Shown: positions 24,917 through 36,212, numbered from the whole stretch's first letter. The stretch: 63,173 bases of DNA, filler included, from Ministeria vibrans ATCC 50519 (GCA_943704425.1; 11 parts of 11 records of this genome joined end to end with filler, not necessarily neighbours in it), one strand, 5' to 3'. Notes: generated by a model not told the origin, from the letters alone. Translations and numbers: made by a program.

Positions 24917-27900
24917 TTAGACAATACTTAAAGACCCGCCGGTATCACTGACAAGTGATTCGTGTTCTTGGATCTCCGGGCGCTTTTTTATCCATTTGAC
25001 TTCGGCACCGACCAAGCGAGTTAGTTTTACGATCTCGCCTTCGCGGCGCATCACTATAAGTCGGTCAAACTTCACATTCATCGTATCGAAACGCGAGATG
25101 GAGCTAATGAACAAGGATTTGTCACTGTCTCGAGCAAATTCTCGCAGAGTATTGATAACATCAGCGACGTTAAGGCAATCAAGACCAAGAAAGCACTCGT
25201 CCAGAATCATGACATTGAAAGAGTGTTGTCTTGCGACCTGCAAAAAAGTTGCCATTGCCAGCGATTTTGCCAACTTATACTTGCAAAATTGCCCCGTGCT
25301 TAGAGAACTTATGCTCACGGCATCTCCATTGATAAATAAGAGATCGGAACCAGATCCGTTCTCACGCGGTGCACAGGTGATTTCCGCATTAAAAATTTGA
25401 TCCTCGCGGCCGCGCTCTTTGGGGAACATTTGCCTGAACCACTTCGTCACATATTTTGCCAATAACCGTTGAACTTCCTCGCCTGTCCTTGCGATCGCGC
25501 CTTCAATGGAGCGCTTATATTTGGAAACTGTCAAGTGCGTGCTCCAATCAGAAGCAAAATCTGTAATCGCCTTGCAAATGGGCTCAGAAACAACAGCACG
25601 GATGGCTTCGTCATCCACAAGACCATGAATAAATTCAGCATTAAATTCACGCCCAAGGCCGGCTTCCATTCGTGAAAGCTCGCCTATGTGGTCATGTATC
25701 CTTTGCAAAGCTTCGATTGAGTTGCGATACAGCTCACCTGCTGGCTGATCTCCCGTGTCTTCCGTGTCACGATTAATTGCTTCAATTTTTTCTTGAAGCC
25801 CTCCCAAGGCCCGTTCTTTGTCCGACTTTTCCGTGCGACATTGAGAGACAAACCTTCGACTCTCCGCAATTCTTTCATCAATGTTGGATTTTTCCTGTTC
25901 CAGGGTGCGAAGTTTTCGTTGCAAGTCAGAGAGACTTGCGACAAGCTCTGCACGTTTGCTAACACTTACGCTTTGACCGCAGGTTGGACAAACACGATCG
26001 TCAGAATCACCAATTTCAGAAAAAGGCGCCAAGTCTTCGACCTTCGTCGAAGTAGATTCCAGTTTTGCCGAACAAGACATTAAACGCTTTTGGGAGTTGT
26101 TGATAATGATACCATGCTCTGATATAGAGCTATCAATGTGATCAAGCCTGTTTTGGAGTTTTTTTAGTTGCTGGCGAGTTTTCTGGAGACATGACTCCTG
26201 TTCCTCCTTTGCCTCCACAGCACAGTTCAGTTTATCCAGCTCGCTCTTTAAACCGACCAATTTTTGTTGCGTTCGATGCAGCAAGTCCTGTAGTTTCGCT
26301 TCCATGGTTTTCAATTTTAAGCGTTTTTTTATTCGCTCCAAAGCGTCTCGAGCATTCTTAAGTCCTGTTTGCTCGTCAAGCGATGTGGCAACGCATTTAT
26401 CAAATTCTTCTTGATTCGTAGAGAATCCACCACCTGAAGGTCCAAAAGGCGACCAGACGCAGGTCATACATATAAACCGTTTAATGGCCTGTTGGACTTC
26501 CACTGAGCGCTTCTTATCGATGCGAATACCAAAAACTTCTCGTGCGCAAAGTTTCAAAAGGTACAGATCGGTTCCAGTAGAGCCAGCATCAACAGAGTTT
26601 GAATAATACTTAAATGTAGAGGGTTCGTTGGGATTTTTTTGACGGTCGGCTCTGAATTCAAAGCTCGTCCCATCGTCACACTCCACAAAACCGTTAATAA
26701 TAACTCTAGTCCGTCTGTCAGAGGCGATGACATTCGCTTGTTCTCCAGAGATGTGTCGATCAGTTGCCTCAGCAAAACACCAAAGAAGAGAGCTCACAGT
26801 GAGGGATGTTTTGCCAATGCCATTACTCGCCGCTGAGTTGAGATCAGATCCCACGAAGCAGAGGCCGACATGATTCAAATAATACACAGTCTTCGATGAG
26901 AAAGGGCCGAGCCCTTCCATCTCCAAACTCAAAAACGTAGTTCTCCGATTGGCACTTGTAGTACCTGCACTGCCAGGGTCCACAAGAGCGTTGAGCTTTA
27001 CCATTTCTTCAGGGCCAAAGTGATTTACGTCGTTCGCAGCAATCAAATCAGCAGAAAGATTATCAGAAACGTGGGGAAAGTGATGTGCAATAGCCACGTT
27101 ATTTCCCCCGTTCGAATCTTCAATCCATTTTGCTGTAACACGAGGGTCCTTCAAATGGGAGGTCAACTTAGCCAATTGCACTTGGTCCACATGCACGTCA
27201 GGAGCGTTGGTCCCAAGCAAAATGGAACTCATATGTAGCCAGAAAGGGTTTTCACAAGGCGTCAGGGCGTAAAGTACCAATATAAATCGCTTTCCAATGA
27301 ACTGATCAGAAAACAGCGGTGACCACTGGCCACCATTCTCAAAATCAATCCCATTCCCCGGATCTTCGCCTTCGTGAAGTGTAACGACAACTTCACTTTG
27401 GGCCCGAAGTTCCGAAAGATGAGAAGACCAAGCCCTAGAGACGCAGAGTTTGAGCGCAATGAAAGAAAGAACGCGACAAAACAAGCTTACTCGACACGTT
27501 CGTCTTCATAGTCTTCAGCGGCTCCTGCAAATTGAAACAGCTATTNNNNNNNGTTAGAGACGCAGAGTTTGAGCGCAATGAAAGAAAGAACGCGACAAAA
27601 CAAGCTTACTCGACACGTTCGTCTTCATAGTCTTCAGCGGCTCCTGCAAATTGAAACAGCTATTAGAAATACAAGCAACCAACAACAAACTTATACCTTC
27701 ACCGCTGTTTCCCCAATTACGGTGATACTGGGAAATTCTTTTGATGAGTTGGCTCGGTGGGGGCTTTAGATCGTCGAGGATTTCCAAAAGTGGTTCCATA
27801 CTGTCTTCGCTTAGCTTACCACGCTCTTCCAGTTTATCGGCGGCAGTTTCTCTGGTCCACTGGCCGTCCTTGAATCCAGCACGAACCATAATAATATTAA

Positions 27901-28055
27901 GATCGGATAAATGTAATATGTCTGCTTTGATGGCAGTGTAATCGGAGAGCTGATCGCTCGTAACTGCCGCTTTCCTATTGAAACAACAATGAGATACGGC
28001 TCTTTTCCTATGTGAACAATCACTGAACTCACCGCTTACGGCTACCAGCACTCAT
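24917..28055 (-). CDS. DED-like domain fused to a Rad50/SbcC-family SMC ATPase with zinc hook (4 exons)
   Basis: ATG at 28055. GT-AG introns 27975-28032 and 27644-27696, plus a third (gtaagc...ctctag) joining in frame to the 24917-27484 ORF. Walker A SNGIGKTS, CPTCGQ hook inside coiled coil, signature LSTGQ, Walker B/D-loop MILDECFLGLD. Head ...KLEERGKLSEDSMEPLLEILDDL...LIKRISQY. Confidence 0.8.
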
Positions 28056-29226
28056 GGCAGGCACGACAAAGAAGTTTTCTACGCAAAATAGGTCTCCAAT
28101 GTAAGTCATAGCCAAGCCGAAAATTGTGAAATACAACGGAAACAAACTCGGGGAAAAAAGAAACAAAGTCTCATTATGGAGTTTTCAAGATTCAAAATTC
28201 AAGAACAAGCACAGCAAGGGATAAGTCACGGAACATGTTCGGTGATCAGTGGTTCACGAAAGCTGGTCTTCGCCCGTTCGAATGGAATGCCTTCAACGCT
28301 ATTTCTTAGCCGCCTTCTTAGCCGCCGAGCGGGAGCTGCGACCCCTACCGCCACAAAAACGGCACGCAGAAGAATGCGCCAGCGTTCACAAGTATGGGAA
28401 TATTTGCCGTGGTGACGAGGCCAGGCAAGCTCTGTTTGAAACAAGCATGAAACAAGCACCAAAAGCCAGAGGAAAAAAACGACAGATCCAGAAGCCAAAT
28501 AAGCGAGCTATGCTCACATCGTCAGCCGAATTCCCACTAAACACCGTCCCACAAGGCCACAAACCATATTCTATCAAGCGCAGCAAGGGATAAGCAGCGG
28601 TGGCAAAATGTTCAAGAAAAAAAGCATCAAAGAGCCCAATATTAGCTCTGGCGACTTGAGAATACTTTATAATATCATGCCACCCTCTTATTGGTTCCTC
28701 GCACGCGGTGACTATGATGCGCTGGGCTGTCCTTGGACAGACGAACGATAAAAAAAAACCACACTGAAAATAAGCGAGAATTACCACAGCGGAAAAATAA
28801 GTATCGCTGCGATCATGCCATTAGCACCAGCGCGGCTCCAACCCAGCAAACAACCCCATCCTGCCAGAGAGAGCACGAAAATCGAAGCGGCAGCAGCAAA
28901 GGCTGAAACCACGCGGTCGCAAAAACACGCCAAGATGGGACTCAATCGCCGCTGCACTGAACGCAACACAATGTCACCAATCATGTGCTTAGTGCTTACC
29001 GGTTGTCTTCACGCAAACTTACTTTAATTTTATTTTTTGCGAAGAAAAAAAATCTGAATTGAGAATTCTGATTTCTGAACACAAATATAGTAACTATCGA
29101 AGCGTTGATCAAACCGAATAATCAATGCCCACCGCGCAACAGAATTACAGAAACTAAACAATTTCATTACTGAAGGAGTCGCGTTCATCCAATCAAGAAG
29201 GAATGACTTTCCCATCTCTTCAATTT

Positions 29227-30414
29227 ATGAGCGTCATCGTCGACTGGGCCTCCAACGAGCCGAAAAAATCCGAGAGTCCTCGAGCGCTACAAAGACTACG
29301 ACGTACTCTCTGAGCCCAAAGGGCTACTTGATAAAAAAAAAGGCGATCCACGTCCTCTCCTAACATCTCAGCAAGCCCACAAGGCTATGCTGGAGCACTA
29401 CAAACAGTTGGGTGACATCGGGCGCGACCGCTTTTACTACTTCCTGGCCGACAAGTATGCGGCTATCTCACAGCAGCAGGTGCAGCAGTTCCTCAACAAC
29501 CAAGAGCTCCACCAGCTCGTCCTACCTGTGCGAAATAAAAAAAAGTCAGTAGTGCCATTGTCACCGAGGCGCCCATGAAGCGGTGGCAGGCCGACCTGGT
29601 CGATGTGACCAAATGGAAGAGCCCACAGAATCGACACTCAACATTCTTACTTACCATTGTCGACACCTTCTCCAAATACGCCTGGGTCATGCCTTTGACC
29701 AGCAAGCACAGCGTCACGGTAGCAACTGCCTTTGCCAAGGTGTTCACGGAGGCAGGTGTGCCCGAGGAGCTACAGACAGACAGACCGTGGAAGTGAGTTC
29801 TTCACCGACGTGGACGACCTGGTCTGGCTAGTCGTTATGGCTCGTGAGATGTTGGTGTGTTGTAGTACGATAATGAAGTATTCTCTGAGGTTCGTTTCAA
29901 AAAAAAAAAAAAGACCTGCTCGCCAAACACAACATCAAGCATGTTCGCAGTCACGCCTACAGTCCATAAACAAATAGTCAGATAGAACGATCCAATGGAA
30001 CACTCAAACGTATGTTGAACGCTCAAATGTTGGCGCACAGCACTTGCTCATATGTGGATGACTTACCACGTCTGCTGAAAGAATACAATTCAATCAAGCA
30101 CACCACCATTGGTGCTGCCCCAGTCAAAATTCACACCACGTCGTCAAGTACACAAACCAAACAGGTCAACGACCGTCTGGAGAAGCGCGCCATCAAGTAA
30201 ACAGGCAAGTTCAAGCGCTCTTACCCACCCGTGGGAGTTGGCGACTGTGTTCGTCACAAAACCGCTCGAGAAGCCTGCTGAACGATGGTCTCGCAACCTC
30301 CATCAGGTCAAAAAGATCATCGACGGTGACAAAGCCTGGCAAGGACCACGCTATGTGCTCGACGGCGGTCAAGTTGTGAAGAGAGATCGCAAAAGATTGA
30401 CAAAGAAAAACTGA
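29227..30414 (+). pseudogene. Polinton/Ginger-type retroviral-like (rve) integrase, decayed
   Basis: GRDRFY...ISQQQVQQFL..QELHQ; RWQADLVD; LTIVDTFSKYAW; LQTDRGSEF; QIERSNGTLK (D-D-E triad). Frameshifts in A-runs and a CAGA duplication, an internal stop, and an insertion. Confidence 0.88.
29822..29912 (+). mobile_element. 91-bp poly(A)-tailed retroposon (SINE-like or 5'-truncated LINE end) with 6-bp TSD GACCTG
   Basis: GACCTG at 29816-29821 and 29913-29918 flanks the insert, which ends in A14; excision restores ...DVDDLLAKHNIKHVRSHAY. Confidence 0.75.
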
Positions 30415-30830
30415 TCAAAATTGTTGCACCTCTTCGTCCAAAATGTTCACCAACACAAAGCTTGATTGGTTCAACAATCAACAGGTTTGATCAGCCTGGT
30501 AGATTCGACAGATTTGGCCAGTTTGACCAATTTAGATTTGGCAGACGCGACCAACCCCAGACTCACTGCCTCAACGCAGCCTACTGGGTACGACATTTCC
30601 TCTGCCGTTGCGAAGATGTTACACAGTGCTGCCCGTGCTGTCTGGGCTGCCCTGGGGCTGCTTGGTTCATATCAATTTGTAATATCTTGTATATACAGTC
30701 TGTTGGTCTCATGTTTTCTAAATATAAATGTACAATTACAAACGACACCCCACGGCAGATGAGTGAGTTGACAACTCGCCAACACGCACAACATGCATTG
30801 CCCTATAGTAAGGGGGGAATAATGGATTTT

Positions 30831-31340
30831 TCAGTTCGGGCGACGATTTCGAAACTAGTGTATTCAAGATTGCACACTGTTGTGGATTCCACCACAGATT
30901 TGCACAATCACAAGCTTAAGCAATTGCAAGATAATTTCAAAAAATTACCTTATTTTAGAAATCGCTACATTTTTGACGTTTTTTGCGGGTTTATTTCTAA
31001 ATCTCTGTGTTTTAAAAAGAATATGTTTGTGGATTCCACAGATTTGCACAATCACAAAATAATTTCAAATGTTAGAGATTTAGAAATTACGTTATTTTAG
31101 AAATCGCTACATTTTTGACCTTTTTTGCCGGTTTCTTTCTAAATATCTGTGTTTTAAAACAAGATAATTTCAAATGTTAGAGATTTAGAAATTACGTTAT
31201 TTTAGAAATTACGTTATTTTTGAAATCGCTACATTTTTGACGTTTTTTTTGACGGCTTCTTTCTAAATCTCTGTGTTTTAGAAATTACGTTATTTTAGAA
31301 ATCGCTACATTTTTGACGTTTTTTTGACGTTTTCTTTCTA
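30831..31340. repeat. Nested AT-rich direct-repeat block
   Basis: GAAATCGCTACATTTTTGAC four times; CACAGATTTGCACAATCACAA twice; ATAATTTCAAATGTTAGAGATTTAGAAATTACG twice. Confidence 0.85.
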
Positions 31341-31522
31341 GTGTAGCTGTATATGCCTTAGTCGTCACTCGTCAGTAGACGAGTGATAGCCATATGGGCA
31401 GAGAGAGAGAGCGCGGCTGTCGCGCGGGCGATGCGGATCGACCGCGACAATATCATGTACTCCGTACTTGCCCTGCTGCCTCGATAGTTATTGTTCTGTA
31501 ACCAGAGAACCCGCTTCTATTT

Positions 31523-31714
31523 CTAATTCTCACTCGCATTTACGTAGACTTCCAGATTTCTGAGGTGGACAGACGTCACAAAGTGTTTTGAAACATTTCC
31601 CTTTGATATGTTTTTCTTGCAATATTGACAGTATTCTTTCATTTTCAATGTTTCAATCATCCTCCCTTTGTTCTTAGCATAATACTCCTTGTAATAATCG
31701 TTTCTATCACTCAT
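31523..31714 (-). CDS. Small C2H2/C2HC zinc-finger protein of the kind found in PLVs and large DNA viruses
   Basis: YYKEYYAKNK...CQYCKKNISKGNVSKHFVTSVH; lies 26 bp downstream of the pol gene. Confidence 0.65.
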   Translation of the reverse strand: MSDRNDYYKEYYAKNKGRMIETLKMKEYCQYCKKNISKGNVSKHFVTSVHLRNLEVYVNASEN

Positions 31715-31740
31715 AATAATGAAAAGTACGAGTCATATGT

Positions 31741-33594
31741 TTAAGTCGCAAACTTGACTGAGTTTGCATTCAACACAACACAAACTCCCTCATTCTTGAC
31801 CTTTAGTTCCCCGATACCCTTCCCTGTTGTGACACTATCATCGGATCCAGTTATGACAAGTCCGTCTGTGTGAAAAGCAACCACTCGGTCACCATATTTT
31901 CGACACAACCCGCTCAGTCTTGTTCTACCAAATGCAGTCACAAACGGACCCACTCTCGCATAATCCGTCACAAATCCCGCATTTTGTTTTATTAATTTGA
32001 CATAATGGTGATCTTCACCGATCGGTTGAATCTGTTGAATCTCGTATCCCTTGCAATCGACCGGACCACCGACAGTGTTCTTCCATATTGTTGATTTCTC
32101 ACACAGAACACCCCAGATCAGACTCCCCAGTTTCTTAGCCACTTTTGTCTTTGATCTCAAGTCAAAACAGTAGTCCACAGTCGGTTTGAACAGTAGATGA
32201 CCGGTTATTAAACAAGATTTCTCGTAAACGAGAGCATTCATCTGAGAATCCTGTATCAGCTCAACTCCCAGTTCCATCCTCCGTGCACAGTTGATATCGA
32301 TGTGAGTGTACCTATTCTGTTTATTGAACATAAAGAACCGGTCCCTCGGCTGCCCTGATGGTGTTATGATGCAACGGTAGATACCATATTTCAGGATGTC
32401 AGGTATGTGGTCCAGATGATTGAATGTTCCTCGTTTAACAGGAAATTTTCTCATAGCACTCCTCATAATGTCTCCATAATAATAATTGAAGTCATAATCT
32501 GTTGCATGACCATATGTCCCCTTTGTACATCCTATCAGTCCACACCTCTTCGTATCCAGTAGCCACCTTGCTTCATCCTGTTGTATTTTATCGGGTTGGA
32601 TAACAGATCGTGTCTTGTTGTGGAATATCCATTTGATCATGTTCTTGAGATTTCCAGATTTGTGCAGATCCAGTATCGGATCAGCCTCCTTCAGCTCATG
32701 GGCCACGAGTTTCCACTCAGCATATGACTGTTTCAGATCACTGCCGCCCTGCATCAAAAAGATGCGCGAACTCTTAACCAATTTTTGAAATTCCTTGATC
32801 GTACACTCGAACTGTTTCATTCCATCAAACAGCTGAAATGCATCACCCTTGTTGATCTTTTTGAAGAAGATAATCTTGGACTTTCGAGAATGATAATCCT
32901 TCGTCAGTTGATCATTTTTGTTGCTCTCAAGACTGTAATGGCTGTCTTCCAGTTTCAGGGTGATCTGGCGCTGATGTTCCGCTTTCGACTGATATATATG
33001 ATCTCCAATAACGTTTATGGTGATGCTTCCGCGTTCCTCGATCTTAGGAATGAGAGAAATGGGTACTCGATTTTTACGCGCCAACTTCAACCACTTTTTC
33101 ATGCGTGGTGCTGCGGATAGCGGTCCTGGCATGTACTCGGTGCTGATATATGCATTGCGGAGACAGTACCATAGACAATCGTTGTACGACTGATCGTCAC
33201 CACCCGAGACACCGTTCTTTGCATAATATATCTGGAACTCGTGTATCTTATCTGTGTCTGCAAAGTTGTCGGGCACCTCGTAATGGTCATGCACACTGTA
33301 AAGTGATGGTTCCTGGCCGAGCAGAGTCCAACGGCCCGATCGCCATCCGTGAGACTCATGAGTACTCACTTCTACCTCTCCAGTGCCGCTATTCACCGTC
33401 TTCTGATGTTTGGTTGTCACTTGTCGGCAGAGATCGCCGCGGGTCCCCAGTTCCTTATTCTCGTACTGTTCCACGATCTGCTTGACCTGCTCACGGGTCC
33501 ATCCCTTGTCGGATTGGAAGCTTGCCTGGACAATTTTTGCTCCATGGGATACAATATCTGTTGTTTTGATGCTGGTGGGTGCTGGTGTCTCCAT
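31741..33594 (-). CDS. Divergent protein-primed-type family B DNA polymerase
   Basis: Motif A DYDFNYYY...FP; motif B KKLGSLIWG; ARVGPFVTAFGR; motif C variant FHTDG; GKGIGELK. Confidence 0.75.
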   Translation of the reverse strand: METPAPTSIKTTDIVSHGAKIVQASFQSDKGWTREQVKQIVEQYENKELGTRGDLCRQVTTKHQKTVNSGTGEVEVSTHESHGWRSGRWTLLGQEPSLYSVHDHYEVPDNFADTDKIHEFQIYYAKNGVSGGDDQSYNDCLWYCLRNAYISTEYMPGPLSAAPRMKKWLKLARKNRVPISLIPKIEERGSITINVIGDHIYQSKAEHQRQITLKLEDSHYSLESNKNDQLTKDYHSRKSKIIFFKKINKGDAFQLFDGMKQFECTIKEFQKLVKSSRIFLMQGGSDLKQSYAEWKLVAHELKEADPILDLHKSGNLKNMIKWIFHNKTRSVIQPDKIQQDEARWLLDTKRCGLIGCTKGTYGHATDYDFNYYYGDIMRSAMRKFPVKRGTFNHLDHIPDILKYGIYRCIITPSGQPRDRFFMFNKQNRYTHIDINCARRMELGVELIQDSQMNALVYEKSCLITGHLLFKPTVDYCFDLRSKTKVAKKLGSLIWGVLCEKSTIWKNTVGGPVDCKGYEIQQIQPIGEDHHYVKLIKQNAGFVTDYARVGPFVTAFGRTRLSGLCRKYGDRVVAFHTDGLVITGSDDSVTTGKGIGELKVKNEGVCVVLNANSVKFAT

Positions 33595-33692
33595 GTTTTA
33601 CTACTTGGGAGACGTTCTTTGTTTTTAAGTACTTTTTTCCCCTGAAAACTACTTAAACATAGCTCACATTGAAACAGTATAATTATAAACAA

Positions 33693-35288
33693 ATGGCAAA
33701 TCTCAACGAAAACACCGCACAAGCCTTCAAGAAATACGTTAACTACTCAAATGACCGTAATCTTGCCCTCCTCTTCACTGAAATCACTTCTTATTCATTC
33801 AAGTGTGTTGATTTGGAAAAATTACGTTTCCTCCTATTCAACACCGAGTCATGCATCTGGAGACCGACAGCCGGTGAAGAACTACGCATTTTTGTGCAGG
33901 ATGAGTTCATAGAATGGGCCGACAATCTCGATCTCAAGGATGTCAATGGAACGGTAAACAAAATGGAGCAGAAAGCAGTCGATAAACTGATTAACAGTGT
34001 CAGCAGCACAACTTCTGCATGTACATTGATCAAAAATCTAGCTGTCAGACACCAGGTTGTCTATGAGGAAGTGTTCGACTGGAATTGTGACACACTACAG
34101 TTCAAGAATGGCTGTCTCGAGCTCAAAACTGGAGCATTCCGGAAGAGAATCAGAGAGGATTATGTGACAGCAGTGATGGACTATAATTACAACGCAGAAG
34201 TTGATGCAATGGTTGAGGGAGATCTGGAAACTTTGATTAAGCACATTGCCAATGATGATGATAATATCATGGGATGGATTATGTCCTCTCTTGCATATAT
34301 GTGCACGGGCAGAACAGAGTTGCAGCAGTTCTTTAATTTTTATGGTCCTCAAGCCGGAAATGGAAAGACAACTCTGTTCGACATGTTATCAGCTGCCTTC
34401 CCTATCCATGTTGTCAAATTTGGCAAGGAGACGTTTAACAAGGGATATGGGCAATTCAAAAAGCAGATGGCCCGAGTTGGGCCGCTCACACGATGCACAA
34501 TTATCGAAGAACCAGACGAGGCAGTGATGGACATGGGAATGATCAAAGATGTGACAAGTGGTGGCTGCATCATTGTTGAAGTCATGTATGGGAACACTCG
34601 ATCAATCACCATCAGATTCAAAATGACATTTATTACGAACCACTTGTTGAAATTCCCCTACTGCAACGGCGGAAAGAGACGCGGAGAGGGAAATGAATTC
34701 TTGAACAAATTTGTCCATTCGTCGAAATTGGCATCAACCAAGAAGTCTTACAAGGATGGCAACGTGTACGCTGCTGATCTAAATATCAAGAATAAATTCC
34801 ATGATGTACGATATAAGAATGCTCTGATCAAATTGCTCCTTCCCTGGTTCAAATTCTTTTATGAAAACCATGCTCTTTACAACCAAGAGAAGCACCAGAA
34901 GGTCTGGGAGGATAGTGCAGAGGTAAACAATGTCTTCGGTACATTTTTGGAAGACATTTTTGTTCAAACCGACGATGAGACTGACAAACTCGGAAAATCC
35001 GAGATGATGGAGATGTACAGGACCTACCACAAATGCAAGATATCGGATGCCAAGTTCTTTAGCTACCTGAAGCAAAATAGTCTCAAGTATGCCAAGGATA
35101 CTCGGGTGAATGGACACAAAGGCGCGATTCTGGGACTGAGAGTGAGAACTGATGAAGAGAACGAGATTGAGGAGTTTGGTCAGTACAAGGATGAGATCCG
35201 CAAACTACAGAAAAGAATAACAGAACTGGAAAGCCAGATTGAAAACGGTGATGGTAGTGAACTTGCTGATTTGATTGATGAATTGTAA
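33693..35288 (+). CDS. D5-like superfamily-3 helicase (D5_N plus SF3 P-loop)
   Basis: FKNGCLELKTGAFR (D5_N); Walker A FYGPQAGNGKTT; Walker B TIIEE; IKDVTSG; motif C FITN. Confidence 0.88.
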   Translation: MANLNENTAQAFKKYVNYSNDRNLALLFTEITSYSFKCVDLEKLRFLLFNTESCIWRPTAGEELRIFVQDEFIEWADNLDLKDVNGTVNKMEQKAVDKLINSVSSTTSACTLIKNLAVRHQVVYEEVFDWNCDTLQFKNGCLELKTGAFRKRIREDYVTAVMDYNYNAEVDAMVEGDLETLIKHIANDDDNIMGWIMSSLAYMCTGRTELQQFFNFYGPQAGNGKTTLFDMLSAAFPIHVVKFGKETFNKGYGQFKKQMARVGPLTRCTIIEEPDEAVMDMGMIKDVTSGGCIIVEVMYGNTRSITIRFKMTFITNHLLKFPYCNGGKRRGEGNEFLNKFVHSSKLASTKKSYKDGNVYAADLNIKNKFHDVRYKNALIKLLLPWFKFFYENHALYNQEKHQKVWEDSAEVNNVFGTFLEDIFVQTDDETDKLGKSEMMEMYRTYHKCKISDAKFFSYLKQNSLKYAKDTRVNGHKGAILGLRVRTDEENEIEEFGQYKDEIRKLQKRITELESQIENGDGSELADLIDEL

Positions 35289-36212
35289 ATTCTGATGACC
35301 ATTTTGAAATGAGCGCCAGATGCTCCGAAAATTGCTTGCAAGCAATTGCTTGTCATTGATTTGATTACTTACTCATAAATAGTTATTGTTAGGCTTTCTC
35401 TAACATCAATGGTGCGTGTCAGGTACAACTATATCAGGCACCTTTGTTGGCGTTCTCATTCTGTTAATGGTTCTCTTTTCGGAGTTTTCATTTGCTTGTT
35501 TTCGTTTCCGATGTTTGGCTGGGGTGGGGGGGCGGTGGGCCTGCTGATGCTGATGGAAGGAAAATAATCTCTTTTTGACTATTCCAATCCCGCTTATAAT
35601 CTCTTTTTGACTATTCCAATCCCGCTTGTTTCTCTAAAAGCAATTTGTTCTTCTTTCTTTCTTTCTTATTCCTTTCCTTCTTTGATGATGCTACATTATT
35701 GATTCTCTCCACTTCTCTGTTTATTTGCTTGCACTTGGAACTTGGTTTTGTTACCCAGTACGCTTTCTTAGTCTCAGTTTTTACTCTTGTTTAAATGGAA
35801 GATACACTATTCTGTTGAGCTGAATGAAAAAATAATTATTATGATGAGTATTATTATTCTTATTATTATTCTTATTATTATTATTATTGAGTTATGGTAG
35901 TTATTCTGATAACCGTTTGTGATCATCTCGCACCAGGAAGGGTCACCTTCTCGAACCATTAGCCGTTGTCTTCATCGGTGAACTTGTTCATGTCGTCCCA
36001 TTCCTTTGTAGACCCGAAGTCTCCGTACATTTTTTTTTACCGGTATGATTTGATCATTCTCTTCATCTCTTGATTTCACTTTTATTTGGCGTTTTCTTGA
36101 AGTAAGTTGTTGTTTTCACTAGTTCTGGGTTGTATGGGTATGTTGGCGACCATGGGACGCGGTTTTGGGGCTTTTGTTGGACTTTCTCTTGGCGGCGAAC
36201 ATTTTGCTACCG

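Larger units (their letters stand above)
29227..35288. mobile_element. Polinton/Polinton-like-virus-related endogenous element (integrase, Zn-finger ORF, pPolB, SF3 helicase); no capsid genes seen
   Basis: Intronless, AT-richer, tightly packed gene set typical of Polintons/PLVs; boundaries uncertain. Confidence 0.7.

Noticed and set aside
27437-27665. ~110-bp tandem duplication within the DED-SbcC gene
   Set aside because: The copies sit either side of a 7-N gap, typical of an unmerged scaffold overlap.
1605-28055. APAF-1-like, DNase II and DED-SbcC genes as a clustered apoptosis locus
   Set aside because: They are on three different contigs separated by artificial spacers; co-location is not evidence.
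28340-28440. BED-finger/hAT start (RSQVWEY)
   Set aside because: Followed by stops, with no CxxC/H ligands or transposase motifs; too weak to call.
29839-29856. 16S rRNA-like string GCTCGTGAGATGTTGG
   Set aside because: Too short and gapped, with no flanking rRNA similarity.
31338-31386. Helitron 3' end (hairpin plus CTAG on the minus strand)
   Set aside because: The hairpin-to-CTAG spacing is long, CTAG is followed by A rather than T, and no Rep/helicase is present.
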